A stretch of DNA of 64,000 nucleotides from Pelagomonas calceolata (GCA_918797485.1 CAKKNE010000004.1:2728001-2792000), one strand, 5' to 3'. Numbered from the stretch's first letter, positions 20,406-31,717 are shown. Notes: a model not told the origin generated them from the sequence alone. A program made the numbers and translations.

Positions 20406-21530
20406 TCAGAAGTTCGCCTTGCGCACGAGGCGGTCCAGGTACGCCTGCTTGCCCTTGTGGAGCTTGGCGAGGTCGGCCGTCTCGAGCGCCGAGGACGTCT
20501 GCTTCGCCGGCGGCTCCCAGGCCCTGTCGTCCCCGGCGTTGACCTGCCGCAGCGGCGAGCGCAGCGGCGACTTCGACCGCGACCGCTCCTTGCGCGTGAG
20601 GCGGCCCCATGCCGCGCCGATCTCCGAGCAGATATCTGCCACGGCGACGTGCACGTCGTCCGTCTCCCGCAGGTCAAGCGACGTCGTCGTGAGGGCGGCG
20701 TTGACAGCGCCGGGCGCGCACGCAAGGATGGAGAGTTTGACGACGCTCCCCTTCTGCGTGATCGCGATGCGGCAGACGCGGCCGCCCGTGAACGACGCCG
20801 CTGCCGGGAGGTCGGGAAGGTCCTCGTTCACGCCGAGCGCCGACGCCGCGGCCCGTTGGAGTGCCCCAAGTTCCCGCCGCAGCTCCTCGCCGCATTCCAT
20901 ATCAGACGCTCGACAATCGACGCGCACGTCCCTGGAGGTCGACGGCGCCGCGATCTCCGCGCGGAGCCGCCACCTCCCTCCAACCGTCTGGGACTTGAGC
21001 GCGGACACGGCGCAGCGCCAGTCCCGCGACCGCCGCCGAAACCAGCCCTTCTTCTCAATGACGGAAGGGGGCGGCGCCCGCAGGTCCAGCGCGTCGGCTA
21101 GTCGCTTCTTGGCGTCCGTCAGCATGGGGCCCCACCGCTCCAGGGACCGGCGGTGCCCCGAGGCCTTGCATTGGCCCGCGAGGACCGCTCTTGAAGTCTT
21201 CAGGCGACGCGCAGCTAAGCGCAGGAACGTGGCGAGCGCCATCTCCATGCTCGCGGCCACGTCGGCGTCCGCGCCCTCCTGGTCGCAGCGGAACGCTTGT
21301 GGTACTCCATCGTGCGTCTCCAAAACCCAGCATTCTATCGCGCCACCGTGGGTCTTCAAGCGCAGCGTGATGCGCGGCCGCGGGGCCTCGTCGGCGCTCG
21401 CGCAGGCCGCCTGGAGCGCCGCGTCGACGGCCTTGACCGTCCTCCCGGCCTCGAAGTGCTCCGTTAATGCGGCGATGCGTCGGTCGGTGTCGTCCTTGGG
21501 GGACGGGCTCGCCGCCGTGAGGGCGGCCAT
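20406..21530 (-). CDS. SCP2 sterol-binding-like domain protein
   Basis: ADVAASMEMALATFLRLAARRLKTSRAVLAGQCKASG resembles the SCP2 C-terminal motif. Confidence 0.55.
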   Translation of the reverse strand: MAALTAASPSPKDDTDRRIAALTEHFEAGRTVKAVDAALQAACASADEAPRPRITLRLKTHGGAIECWVLETHDGVPQAFRCDQEGADADVAASMEMALATFLRLAARRLKTSRAVLAGQCKASGHRRSLERWGPMLTDAKKRLADALDLRAPPPSVIEKKGWFRRRSRDWRCAVSALKSQTVGGRWRLRAEIAAPSTSRDVRVDCRASDMECGEELRRELGALQRAAASALGVNEDLPDLPAAASFTGGRVCRIAITQKGSVVKLSILACAPGAVNAALTTTSLDLRETDDVHVAVADICSEIGAAWGRLTRKERSRSKSPLRSPLRQVNAGDDRAWEPPAKQTSSALETADLAKLHKGKQAYLDRLVRKANF

Positions 21531-21947
21531 CGTCGTCTTTCCGCGCGCCGGAGCTTGACAGCGCCTCTTTGGTCGACTGTTTTTTGGGCGCCTCGCTGGC
21601 GCCCCGGGGTCGTTCTGCGCGGTGCCGGCGGCGCGACGGTACTACGCTCGGGTGGTCTGCGTGGCGCTGCGGCTCGCGGTCGCGGCGTGGGGCGCTTATG
21701 CGGCCGGCAATATTCCAACAGGCTTGACGAGCACCGGCGCGCGGAGGCCTGCGCGGCCGTGCGAACGATCAATGTACTCGTGGCGCTTCAACGGACGTGT
21801 CGTAGCACTGGTGAACAGCAAAACTAGTATGTAAGTACGCTAGCTACAGCCCAGGCAAAAAAGGGCAAACTGGGCCAGTACTCGCACACCGGTGCGCCAG
21901 TGGTCGTGAAAACGTCACATCGGAACCCCAGCAGCGTGCTGCACAAC

Positions 21948-22796
21948 ATGGCTGCTCGACGCGCAGTCTGCACGCTGCTGCTGCTCGCGCCGGCCGCCCC
22001 CCTCATGATGCCTCACAGCCGGCGTGGCGTCGCACTACAAGCTTTAGCCGAGGATTTGTTAGCTGCCGAGGGACCACAACTCGCCGAATTAGTGGAAAAC
22101 AACTTCGAAGCCATCGACGCCGAGACGATGGCAAGTATACAGCAAGCGACACCGGACGCCGCCGAGCGCATCATGAGCGCCTTCGCGGTGGAGACCGATA
22201 AACGGATGCTGAAGGCGAAGGAACGGCTGGAACACGTGCTGGATGCGGGCGAATTACTAGAAATGGACCGGCGACTCACCACGTTATTCAAGCAGGGCCA
22301 AGCAGATGCTGCCTTACTCCTATGTCTGAACGCGAACGTCGAAGCCGCAGACCCGGGCACGGACAAGCATTCCATCATGCTCCACCTCTACACGAGGGCC
22401 CAGGAAGAATTTGAGAAAAAAGCAGATCCGGCTCGAGCCCTCGTGCACAAGCTCTGTAGGCAGCCGGACGCGCAGATCCGGGACAATATTTTGAGGACCT
22501 ATTTGGCGCCTCAAACGGAGTTGATCGCGCCGGACGCGACGCGCATACCGTTGGAGACGCCGATGCCGGCGCAGATCTCGCATGCACAGTTCTCGGACGC
22601 CGTGGCGTCGACGGTAGAGCAGCTGCGGGGCTTGGACGCCGACGGAGATTTAGTGAATGCGAACATCGAGTGCTGCCGCCAGGTCGCCATCGAGGCGCGA
22701 CGGGTGTTGCTGGAGACGGGGGCACCCGAACACGTCCGCGCCTTCGAGGAGGAGCTCGCGAAGACGTGGCCGATGGGGTCGCCTAATGGTGGGTAG
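21948..22796 (+). CDS. Putative plastid-targeted helical protein
   Basis: Signal peptide plus transit-like N-terminus (MAARRAVCTLLLLAPAAPL...); helical acidic body. Confidence 0.65.
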   Translation: MAARRAVCTLLLLAPAAPLMMPHSRRGVALQALAEDLLAAEGPQLAELVENNFEAIDAETMASIQQATPDAAERIMSAFAVETDKRMLKAKERLEHVLDAGELLEMDRRLTTLFKQGQADAALLLCLNANVEAADPGTDKHSIMLHLYTRAQEEFEKKADPARALVHKLCRQPDAQIRDNILRTYLAPQTELIAPDATRIPLETPMPAQISHAQFSDAVASTVEQLRGLDADGDLVNANIECCRQVAIEARRVLLETGAPEHVRAFEEELAKTWPMGSPNGG

Positions 22797-23102
22797 TAGT
22801 CTTCTCTCCGGCGCCGCGCGTGGTGAGCGGCCCGCGTCGCGTCGAGGAGCGTCCCGGACCGGGCGTCGTCAGGGCGGTGCTAGTGGCAGCCGGCAGCGGT
22901 CCGGGGCGCGCCTTCCAAAGGGCTCCGCGCGTAGGAAAGCGCTAGCGGGATGTAAGACACTAGGCCGGTTGGCCGGTTCGGATTTTGGTCGGCACACAGC
23001 GGTGCGTGCACGCGTTGCGGCAGCCAGGCGCCGCGAGAAAGCAATGTGTTGGGTCGCAACCTAGCCATCGTACAACTGCGGGCAGCCGACACCGCTCCAC
23101 CG

Positions 23103-26100
23103 ATGGACCCCAGCGACCCGTCGTACGGCACGGCCGTGGGCCACGGCTACTGCATCGGGGATCGCGTCGAGCTCCATTCGCTCAAAGGGGCCGCGGAGCA
23201 CAACGGCAAGCGCGGCACCGTGACCGGTGCGCAGAACGAGCGCATCAAAGTGAAATTGGACGGAGACAAGTCGCTCGCGCTCAAACCCGTCAACCTGACG
23301 AAGCTGGACGCGACGCCGCCGAAGCCCAAGCCGCAGGCACCGGCGAAGCCGCCGCCGCCGCGCGCCGCCCGCTTCACGGAACCGGCGCCGACGCAGAAGC
23401 CGCAGAGCGCCGACGCCCGCTTCACGGACTTCTTCGCCGAGGACAAGAAGGAGGCGCCGACGTCAGATGATGCGGAGATTCTCGCGATGGAGGCGAACAT
23501 CAAGGAATACAAAGCGCAAGAAAAAAGGAGAGCCATCAAGGCCGCGAAGGCGCGCGCCGCGCGGCAGGAGCGCGCCATGAAAGCAAAAATTATTGAGGAA
23601 CGTTCCAAGAAACAGCAGCGGGAGGCCGAGGAGGTCTGGGTCGACGGGCGGCGCGTTGACGAGAAGCAGTCGTCATCATCGTCTGACGAAGACGCCGTCG
23701 ATGAGCTCCACGACTGCAAACCCACGAAGAGAAAAAAATCATGGTTTAATTGGTCAAAGCCAGATGAAGACGTGGCTTTAACTGCCGATGAATTAGCGTA
23801 TGCGGGCGATTTCGGGACGGACGAGGAGGCGCGCGTGCAGAGGAAATTAGTACCAAAGCGGCCGCGGCCGACGGACTGGGAAGAACTCCAGTCGAAAGCT
23901 CTAGCGATCAAGGACTGCCCCGTCCCGCGCGAAGATCCGGAAGGCGCCATCAAGTTTTTATCGAGGCGGTTAAGGCGTTCACGAGATGTCTCCTCATCTT
24001 GCAGAGCTTGGTTCGCCGTTCATGAATTGCTGGCCGCGGCCTTTCTGAGGCTGGAAGAACAGTCCGTATCCGTGCTCAAGTCGGCCCTGTACCATGATGA
24101 GCGATGCTTGGAAGGTGTGGCGAAGGCCGGTCGAGGACCGCTAGACGCGGAACGGCCTAGGATAGAGAGGCGCGCGGCGCAGACGTGCGGCAAGCTAGGC
24201 GACGCGTTGAAGCGGAAGGGTCTGCCGCCGTCCCAACGGCGCAGTTTATGCAGGAAGGAGTGCGAATTGGCCGATCTCGCGGCGGAGAATAGTAGGTACG
24301 TCGACGACGACGAGCTAGCTAAAGTCGCTAGAATTGCGGCCTTGGAGCTGAAGGGCACGGCGTATCTACGGTTATGTAGGTTAGAGCAAGCTGATGCGGA
24401 CGCCGGCGAGGCGAGACTACCTCCAGCATCTCTGAAAGCTCTTGGCAGTGCCGTCGAAGCGTTCGAGGAGGCCTGTGCGGACGTAAAAACGGCGGACGGC
24501 GACGCTCTGGCGCGCTTCGGCGCGTCGCTCGAAGCTCGAGCCGTCGCGTCCCGGAAAGAGGCGGTTGATCCCGTGGAATTAAGACGAGCCCTGGAGGCTC
24601 TAGGTGCTGCATGCGACAGCGACTGTCGAACGGGCAATAAAAAGGAAGTCCAGACCCTGCAGGCGTCTACATCATTGTACGCTGCAAGAGTGGCCTTCCA
24701 CCTCCTGAACCGGGGCGAGGACGATGAGAGGTTTATTCAAGCGTTCGCCAAGGAAGTAGTGCTGCGGGCGGCCCACTCCGCGTCCTTGAAACCGTCCCTG
24801 GAAGCTGATTATCTCGAGGCCGCCGGGTCGTTGCGAGAGGACTCGGACTATGGCAGGAAGACTGCTCTCAAAGCGCTCGAACGGGCTCGAGCGTCCTTGC
24901 AGATGGAAATACGAGCTGAGCGTCCGAAGGAGAACAATCGGAAGCAGGACGCCGAACGGGCGAAGAAGCGAGGCGATCGGGAAGCTGTTGAGAGGGTGGA
25001 AGCCGTGTCGCGAGCGTCGCGGTGGCGCTTCGCGACGCTACACCGGGAGACCGAGCGAGCATTGGGATTGGTCGCCAACCGTTTAGGACAGAGAAAAATG
25101 GCAGTGGACGCCTGGGAAAAAGCGTGCGCCGGCGTCGATTCTTCCTGTAGAAGTGAATTGAAGAAGCGGCCGGACGCATCGACGTGTACGAACTTGGAGC
25201 TCGGTGCCATCCGCTCGTTGATGAAAGATTATAGAGGCTCGGCCGAGGCCTACGAGCGGGCCTGTGAGGCGTCGCAGCGGGTAGCTGCGCTGGCATCAAT
25301 GGCCAAGGACCCATCGAGGTGTGAACGGGCCGTCCAGTTATGTACTCAAGCGTCCGATGCTGGTGTACATGCGACAATCACTGCAATACAAAACGAGTAC
25401 AAGAAGTGCAAGTGGGACTTTTGCGAAGGGAAATGGCTCAAAGTTCGCGGTACGGCCGATGCGTTGTTGTTACTGAGGCTCGCGGAAGGCAAACTAGCCG
25501 CTCAAAGGGCTCTGAAATTGGGTCCCTGCGTCCAGCAACTCAAAGATAAATTAGATGCCAAGACCCTAAGTGCGCTGCGCGACTTGGAGACCAATATGAA
25601 GAAGGCAGCAGTAGCCGCGAAGCCGGCGTTAGTGGCCTCGACGCAAGTCGCGTCGCCTCCCGCGCCGCCTAGACTGGAAGTCGTGAGAAGTGTATCATTG
25701 TCAGAATTGGCGGAGGGGCCCGCACTACTGAGAAAGACGGCTTCATTAATAGAAGCCGACGCGGACGTCGAGCAGTGTTCCTGGGGCCTCGAGCGGTTAA
25801 GTCATGCGCCCCACTTGAGTGTTCAATTAGCTTGTGGTCCTCGGGACGCGCGGGGCGACTTGGAGGCTATTTTACGAGACGAGAACGACGTCGTGGTTTC
25901 GTTCTTCGTTTCTCACCAACAGCTGATTGGCGTGGCCTTCGGGGACAAACTGAAGACCGCGCGACTATTTGTTTCTTCTAATATTTCAATGGAGAAGACC
26001 GTGGAGCAGGCCATGCGGGCGCGCGGGAAAGCCGCGAGGTCTTCGGCTCTAGATTTAGCGCGTATTATTGCAATTGACGAGTTGAGGGATGTATTTCCCT

Positions 26101-27383
26101 CAGCAAAAGACTGGGCCTTCTGTATGACAGGATTGCCAAAAATACCCTTCCACGCCTTACCTTTGGCGAACGGCGCGTCTCTCCTCGATAGTGTCGTGGT
26201 ACGCTACGGTTCGAGTGTAGCCGAGCTCGCATCCATCGAAAAACGTAGTAAAGTGGGAGGCACGCTACTCGCAACAATCGCGCCGAAGCCCGAGCAACAA
26301 ACGGACGGCGCTTTGTTGGAACATGCGTCAGTGAAGAAGGGCTGGCGCTGCGCCAAGGTGACCATACCCTGCAAGAGTGTCCCGGCCCTGGTCATGGACA
26401 CTTCCGGAAAGGAGGCGGGTGCCGATCTACTGGATGCGAATATGGTCTACTGGTCCACGGCATCGATCGACGGAGACGGTTTGAAATTGAAGGAGCAAGG
26501 CTGGGAGCAGACCTTTCCTTCCTTACATTTATGTGCCGTCAAGGAGCTGCTACCCGCTTGTGATTGCTTGTTCATCCTGAAATCTTCCGGAGACGTCTCA
26601 AAAACATCAGAAGTTCGTTCTGCTTTACACCTGACGGGCGCGTCTTCGGTCGTGTTACCTGCCTTACAAGCGCCGCCCCTATCTACGGATGGCAAGGAGG
26701 CGTGCTTGTTGCGAGCCTTGGTGATGCTGGCCTTCCTGAAATATCTCAGGAAGCACGAGAAGACTAACAGGTGTACTGCGCATGCTCTAAGGGACGCGCA
26801 GCGGTGGTTGCGAGATGCTACCTTACAGGACGCGCGTAAACTCCTCCAGAAAGCGCCACTCGATCCGACGGAGAAGAAGGAATTCGCCACATCTCTCTTA
26901 GATGCGTTCTCTGATCTAAATACGAAGCTGGCGCCCGACCTTTGTGATTGGGCGGGGTTCTCGCTCTCGGGGTCCGGGAGAGGCTTGCAGGGAGCGGGCT
27001 GGACGGAGAAGGATAATAATTATGTGCTGGGCAACGACGACTCGTCGGAAGCATCATCAGATGAGGAAGCCGACGCCGGGGACAAGTACTTCGCTGCGCA
27101 ATTTGATGAGTTCTGCAACACGCGCGATGGCCGGAGATTGGTCCGGGAGCTGGGCCCGGAGAAAGCTCTCAAGCAGTGGAAACAAAAAGTAGCGCGCGAC
27201 AAGCGCGTTGCCGCGACGTCTAGAGCATTGGCGGGCGCGCGGTCGTCCGTGACCTCCGGAAGTGCGAAAGCTAAAGCTGCCGCGCGGCGCGCCAAGGCCA
27301 AGGCTGCTTTAGCTGGTGGAGCTATGAAGCTGGCTGCGGAGAAGCAGAAAAACAAAGAGTCGGGGGCGTGTGTAGTGTCTTAG
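23103..27383 (+). CDS. Large helical (TPR-like) protein with a degenerate C-terminal CHAT domain and CaaX box
   Basis: LPKIPFHALP, HLTGASSVV, AHALRDAQRWLRD and WAGFSLSG match CHAT motifs; terminal CVVS; N-terminal GDRVELHSL...NGKRG...LKPVNL module. Confidence 0.75.
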   Translation: MDPSDPSYGTAVGHGYCIGDRVELHSLKGAAEHNGKRGTVTGAQNERIKVKLDGDKSLALKPVNLTKLDATPPKPKPQAPAKPPPPRAARFTEPAPTQKPQSADARFTDFFAEDKKEAPTSDDAEILAMEANIKEYKAQEKRRAIKAAKARAARQERAMKAKIIEERSKKQQREAEEVWVDGRRVDEKQSSSSSDEDAVDELHDCKPTKRKKSWFNWSKPDEDVALTADELAYAGDFGTDEEARVQRKLVPKRPRPTDWEELQSKALAIKDCPVPREDPEGAIKFLSRRLRRSRDVSSSCRAWFAVHELLAAAFLRLEEQSVSVLKSALYHDERCLEGVAKAGRGPLDAERPRIERRAAQTCGKLGDALKRKGLPPSQRRSLCRKECELADLAAENSRYVDDDELAKVARIAALELKGTAYLRLCRLEQADADAGEARLPPASLKALGSAVEAFEEACADVKTADGDALARFGASLEARAVASRKEAVDPVELRRALEALGAACDSDCRTGNKKEVQTLQASTSLYAARVAFHLLNRGEDDERFIQAFAKEVVLRAAHSASLKPSLEADYLEAAGSLREDSDYGRKTALKALERARASLQMEIRAERPKENNRKQDAERAKKRGDREAVERVEAVSRASRWRFATLHRETERALGLVANRLGQRKMAVDAWEKACAGVDSSCRSELKKRPDASTCTNLELGAIRSLMKDYRGSAEAYERACEASQRVAALASMAKDPSRCERAVQLCTQASDAGVHATITAIQNEYKKCKWDFCEGKWLKVRGTADALLLLRLAEGKLAAQRALKLGPCVQQLKDKLDAKTLSALRDLETNMKKAAVAAKPALVASTQVASPPAPPRLEVVRSVSLSELAEGPALLRKTASLIEADADVEQCSWGLERLSHAPHLSVQLACGPRDARGDLEAILRDENDVVVSFFVSHQQLIGVAFGDKLKTARLFVSSNISMEKTVEQAMRARGKAARSSALDLARIIAIDELRDVFPSAKDWAFCMTGLPKIPFHALPLANGASLLDSVVVRYGSSVAELASIEKRSKVGGTLLATIAPKPEQQTDGALLEHASVKKGWRCAKVTIPCKSVPALVMDTSGKEAGADLLDANMVYWSTASIDGDGLKLKEQGWEQTFPSLHLCAVKELLPACDCLFILKSSGDVSKTSEVRSALHLTGASSVVLPALQAPPLSTDGKEACLLRALVMLAFLKYLRKHEKTNRCTAHALRDAQRWLRDATLQDARKLLQKAPLDPTEKKEFATSLLDAFSDLNTKLAPDLCDWAGFSLSGSGRGLQGAGWTEKDNNYVLGNDDSSEASSDEEADAGDKYFAAQFDEFCNTRDGRRLVRELGPEKALKQWKQKVARDKRVAATSRALAGARSSVTSGSAKAKAAARRAKAKAALAGGAMKLAAEKQKNKESGACVVS

Positions 27384-27387
27384 CCTC

Positions 27388-28095
27388 TCACAGCGTGTAG
27401 TCGCTCGCGCAGCCCTCGATCGGCGCCGCGTCCTCGCCCACGACCGGCGCGCCGCCGATCTCGCGGGCCACGCGCGCGACGGTAGGGACGTCGCGCACGA
27501 GCTCGTAGTACACGCCCTTGGCGTTTGTGAGGGTCACGCCCGCGTCGCGCATTCGCAGCATGCCGGCGGCGTGGTGGGGCGGCGGCGTGGCGACGGCGTC
27601 CTCGACGACGACGACGCGATAGCCAGCGGATTTTAGGCCCAGGGCCGACTGCGCGACGCACACGTCCGTCTCCAGGCCCACGAGGATGAACGTATCGACG
27701 CCGCGCGCCGCGGCGACCGCGTCGACGGCGGCCCGGATGTCCGGCTGCCCGTAGAGATTCCAGACCAACTTGTTCCAGACGCGCGTGCCCGCGGGCAGCA
27801 GCGCACTTAGTGAAGGGTGCATCGGCGGGTTGCTTCCTCCCTCGGCGTAGTCCTCGGCCGTCGCGAGGATGGGCAGCTCCATCGCCTTCGCGACCTTCAT
27901 CACGAAGGCGATGCGCTCGACGAGGCTGGCGCGCTGGGCGAGCGGCAGCTTGTCGAGGAAGTTCTGCTGCGCGTCGATGACGACCAGCGCCGTGCGGTTC
28001 GCGTCGAGGAGCTCCCAGCCGGCGGCGGTCCCGCACGAGTCGGTTGCGCCGACGGCGCAGAGGGTCAGCGTCGCGACCAGGCGTCGGACAGCCAT
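27388..28095 (-). CDS. Isochorismatase-family hydrolase with signal peptide
   Basis: TALVVIDAQQNF, VGLETDVCVAQSA, VVVEDAV; ATG at 28095 (MAVRRLVATLTLC). Confidence 0.88.
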   Translation of the reverse strand: MAVRRLVATLTLCAVGATDSCGTAAGWELLDANRTALVVIDAQQNFLDKLPLAQRASLVERIAFVMKVAKAMELPILATAEDYAEGGSNPPMHPSLSALLPAGTRVWNKLVWNLYGQPDIRAAVDAVAAARGVDTFILVGLETDVCVAQSALGLKSAGYRVVVVEDAVATPPPHHAAGMLRMRDAGVTLTNAKGVYYELVRDVPTVARVAREIGGAPVVGEDAAPIEGCASDYTL

Positions 28096-28739
28096 ATCCA
28101 GAGGGCTCGCGACTACGCGCGATGCAATCGATGCGACGCCTCCTGGCCAGACCGGAGCCACCCCGTTCGCGTGCACCGTTCTCTGTACAACCGTATCAGA
28201 TAGACCGCCAGCACCGCGCCGCCGACGGTGCCCAGCAGGGAAGCCAGGTCTGGCATCTATGTGTCGGGCGCCTCGTCTGCGCGTAAGGGCTGCGGATTTG
28301 CGCTGCCCGGTGCTTCTCTGCGCCACGAGGGGACGGCCGCACGCGCTGCGTTTGTTCCGGAGCGAACGAATGCGGCGTTTTTGCGGCCGCGAAAGTCTGC
28401 AGATCCTGCTCTCCTGTCGCATCGCACGGTTGTCGGAGAGCACGCAACACCATACCAGCCATCGAGGCAGCCGCGACGCGTCGCACAATGTAGGGTAGAC
28501 GTCCTCTTTGCAGAGCTAGCGTGTACAGACACTAGAAAAAAGCGATGAGGAGGTGCTTACAACAAACGAGCATAGGTCGCCTTAACTAGCATCAGCGTTG
28601 GCGTTCTACTCGCATAAGTTGCTCTGGACCGTTGCGCGACTGCGTGCGAAGATTAGCGCATTCGTAAGGCACTCGTCGCCGCATACACTGCACTCAAAGT
28701 GCAGCCTCCAGCACCACAACTCGACGCCGACGAGCAGCC

Positions 28740-30380
28740 ATGGCCACCGTCGTCATCTGCGGCGGCCTCGGCTGCATCAAACGAGACGTCGTACCCGTCG
28801 GATTAGCCCACGCCCTCGCCAGTGAACGATTAAGACAGGCGACGACGGACTGCACCAAGGATCTACAACGGAGCGCATCGTTAGCATCGCTCGCGACGAG
28901 CGGCTCGCTCAATTCATTGAACGACGACGACGTCGGGCCCACGAAGGCCATCGACGAAAACGACCTCGACCAAACGAACTACTACGAGCTCCTAGGGTTA
29001 GAGAAATCAGGTATTGGTGTCGATAGTGAATTAGTCAAAAGGGCTTACCACAAAGCCCTGCTGTTATATCATCCGGACAAGGGCTCAGCGAAGTACGATA
29101 CGGACGCTGTTTTTCTAGCGGTACAGAAAGCGTACGACATACTAAGTGACAAAACTAAAAGAAGGGCCTACGATAGCACGAATGAATTTGACGACACGAT
29201 CCCGTCCGGCGACCACGAGGACGGATTTGACTTTTATGCTACTTATGGTCCCGTGTTTCGGGCGAACGCGAGGTTTGCGGAGAAACTACCGGTACCGGAT
29301 CTAGGCGACGCTGACTCATCGGAACGGTCGGTAGAGGCCTTCTACGCCTACTGGGTGCGGTTTGAAAGCTGGCGGGATTTCGACCTCGAAACGCAGACCA
29401 ACGAGATCCACGAGGAGATGGATAGGTATGAAAAGCGCCACATGAAGAAGGAGAACGCGAAGTTGGCCGCCAAACGGAAACGCGAGGAGATGGAGCGTAT
29501 CATCTTGTTAGTGGAACGATCTAGACAGAACGACCCGCGACTCAAGTTGTTTGCTCAAAGAAGGGAGGACGCGAAACGCGAGAAGCGGGAAGCTCGCGAG
29601 AGAGAACGACAAGCGAAGGAAGATGCGGTTCGAGCGGAGCAGGAGGCGCTGCAACAAGAAAAAGATAGAATCGCGGCCGAGAAAGCGTCCGCCGCGAAAA
29701 AAGAAAAGGAGGAAAACATCAAACGGAAGAAGGCGAAGCGGCGCGCCGAGAAGTTGCTCCGTAAAGCGAATGATGATTCGGAAGAGCCGATGGCCGACTT
29801 AGACTTCCTCAAGACGGTTGATAATCTCACGTCCGAGGAGACGTGTGCCTTGGCGGCTCGCCTTGAGGAGGATAGCGAGGGCGCTTTGGCTGATCTGAGG
29901 AAATTGTGTACGAACCCCATCAAGCGTAAACAACCGGAAAAAAAAGTTGTGAAGATCGACACGACGGAAAAAAAGAAAACACCTTGGTCCGAGGAGGAAA
30001 AAAAATGCCTCGACAAGGCCTGCAAGCGCTTCAAGGCCGGCTCCATGCAGCGCTGGGAGCAGATCGCGGATTATATTAATACGCAGCTGGCGTTAGATGT
30101 GCCGCGTTCGCGGCAGGAGTGCATCGAGCAATTTCAAAAGCCTCTGGTGGATCCCAAACAGCACGCAGAACGCGTCAAGCAGGCGAACCAGGCGCCGCCG
30201 CCGCCCGTGGATGGGTGGAGCGCCGAGCAGCAGAAGCAGCTCGAGAAGGCATTGCGGGACTTCCCTGCGTCGATGGAGAAGAACGAGCGCTGGAGCAAGA
30301 TTGCGGATGCGGTCTCCGGCAAGTCGAAGCGCGACTGCGTCGCGCGCTTCAAGGAGCTGCGCGCGGCGCTGAAGAAGTAG
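28740..30380 (+). CDS. DNAJC2: DNAJC2/zuotin/MPP11 ribosome-associated J-protein with two SANT/Myb domains
   Basis: J domain with HPD; FYAYWVRFESWRDF zuotin homology; WSEEE and WSAEQQKQLE...RW SANT repeats. Confidence 0.92.
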   Translation: MATVVICGGLGCIKRDVVPVGLAHALASERLRQATTDCTKDLQRSASLASLATSGSLNSLNDDDVGPTKAIDENDLDQTNYYELLGLEKSGIGVDSELVKRAYHKALLLYHPDKGSAKYDTDAVFLAVQKAYDILSDKTKRRAYDSTNEFDDTIPSGDHEDGFDFYATYGPVFRANARFAEKLPVPDLGDADSSERSVEAFYAYWVRFESWRDFDLETQTNEIHEEMDRYEKRHMKKENAKLAAKRKREEMERIILLVERSRQNDPRLKLFAQRREDAKREKREARERERQAKEDAVRAEQEALQQEKDRIAAEKASAAKKEKEENIKRKKAKRRAEKLLRKANDDSEEPMADLDFLKTVDNLTSEETCALAARLEEDSEGALADLRKLCTNPIKRKQPEKKVVKIDTTEKKKTPWSEEEKKCLDKACKRFKAGSMQRWEQIADYINTQLALDVPRSRQECIEQFQKPLVDPKQHAERVKQANQAPPPPVDGWSAEQQKQLEKALRDFPASMEKNERWSKIADAVSGKSKRDCVARFKELRAALKK

Positions 30381-30483
30381 TCGTCTCTCGGCGACGACGC
30401 GGCCGTGCTGGCCAAGTTGCCGTGGAGCAGGCGTCTCATCGACGGCGTGCGCGTGCGGGGTAAGGAGTGTGTTGTTTAAATTC

Positions 30484-31717
30484 TTACGCCGTGGGCCAGG
30501 GGAATTTCCTTCGGTAGAACTTCAAGATGCTGTGAGCATTCAACGTGTTGGGGTGAGCCGGCCCCATAACGCGACGCATGACTCCCGCGATTTCCTCCAG
30601 CATCCGAAGCGCCTCGCGCTTTTCCTCGGCCGAGGATTCTCCGTCAAGGGTCGCGCGACAGAGGTCCTCGCGTATAGACAACGTGACCTCGTGTTCACTT
30701 CCGAGGACGCGTCGCGCTACGGGCAGTTTTCTGCGCAACAGTGCCTTGACTTCTTCGAAGCGCTTTAGCCGAAGAAAAGACAACGCGTAGTTGTAGGCCG
30801 CTCGGAGGGCTCTCTCGTGTTCCTCGCCGTAGAGTTTCAACCACCCAGAATACACGTCTCGTTGAAGGGACAGGGCCTCATTAAGCCGCCCGAGCTCGTG
30901 ATACGTGTTCGCAATATTGTTCTGCGTGACGAGTATGGTGTGTTCTGGTGCGCCAAGGCGCCGTAGCGTAGCCAAATCGGCCTCTTGCACGGACAATGCA
31001 TCCTCGTAGTGGTCTGCAGCTAATAAACCGAGCCCAAGCTCCGTCATCGCGGCTCCTCGAGCCCAGTCCGCCTCCAACCGGCCCACGTACGTCTTCCAGC
31101 ACGCCCACCCAAGCGCGCATCGCACGACGCCGTGGTACTCCTGCTCGCACAAGCTACACGCGTACCATCGTCCAAACCTATCAGTAAATGTCTTATTGCT
31201 CAAATTGTTCTCCTCAGCCTCGTCACACAAAATCTTCGCCTGCTCCGCCAAGCACGACACGTGCGCGAAACCCGCCGTCCCGCGGCACGCACACCCGCGC
31301 ACGAGACCCTCCTTCGTTTTCCAATGGAGAGCCTGCGTGCAGATGAAGCACGTCTGGCCCTTCGTGTCGTCGGCGCACGCCTCGACCGCGACCGCGACGG
31401 CCTCCTTGTATTTTTTGTCTGCATTATACTGTTCTGCGTTGCCGCCGCGGTGTATTTTCTTACACATCTGCTTGTGGCCGCGGCGCCAGTGGTCATGCTG
31501 GCAAGTGGCGTTGCAGTAGCGACGACCAGGCCGGCGGCTTCCTGAAGAGTACACGGGCATAATCAACTAAATCAATAGCTATAGTTGGCGCTAGGGGATT
31601 CACTTCCTCCCAAGAAACTGGCTATTAAAACACTAAGTAGCGCAATTTACATCTAACACATCGCGGCGCGTTGTGGGCCAGTGGGGCGGCGCAGGCGGCG
31701 CAGTTTGTGAGGATCAT
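30484..31717 (-). pseudogene. MYND + RINGv (C4HC3) + TPR gene interrupted by an insertion
   Basis: MILTNCAACAAPLAHNAPRCVRCKLRY|CNATCQHDHW...HKQMC is restored after removing 121 bp; CFIC...CACRG...HVSC...CSLC; TPR-like repeats. Confidence 0.7.
31522..31635. mobile_element. 114-bp relatively AT-rich insertion flanked by a 7-bp direct repeat
   Basis: AGTAGCG at 31515-31521 and 31636-31642; no TIR; splits the MYND finger. Confidence 0.7.

Noticed and set aside
28096..28488. N-terminal extension of the isochorismatase ORF
   Set aside because: Arg-rich, UTR-like sequence; a signal peptide starts at the ATG at 28095.
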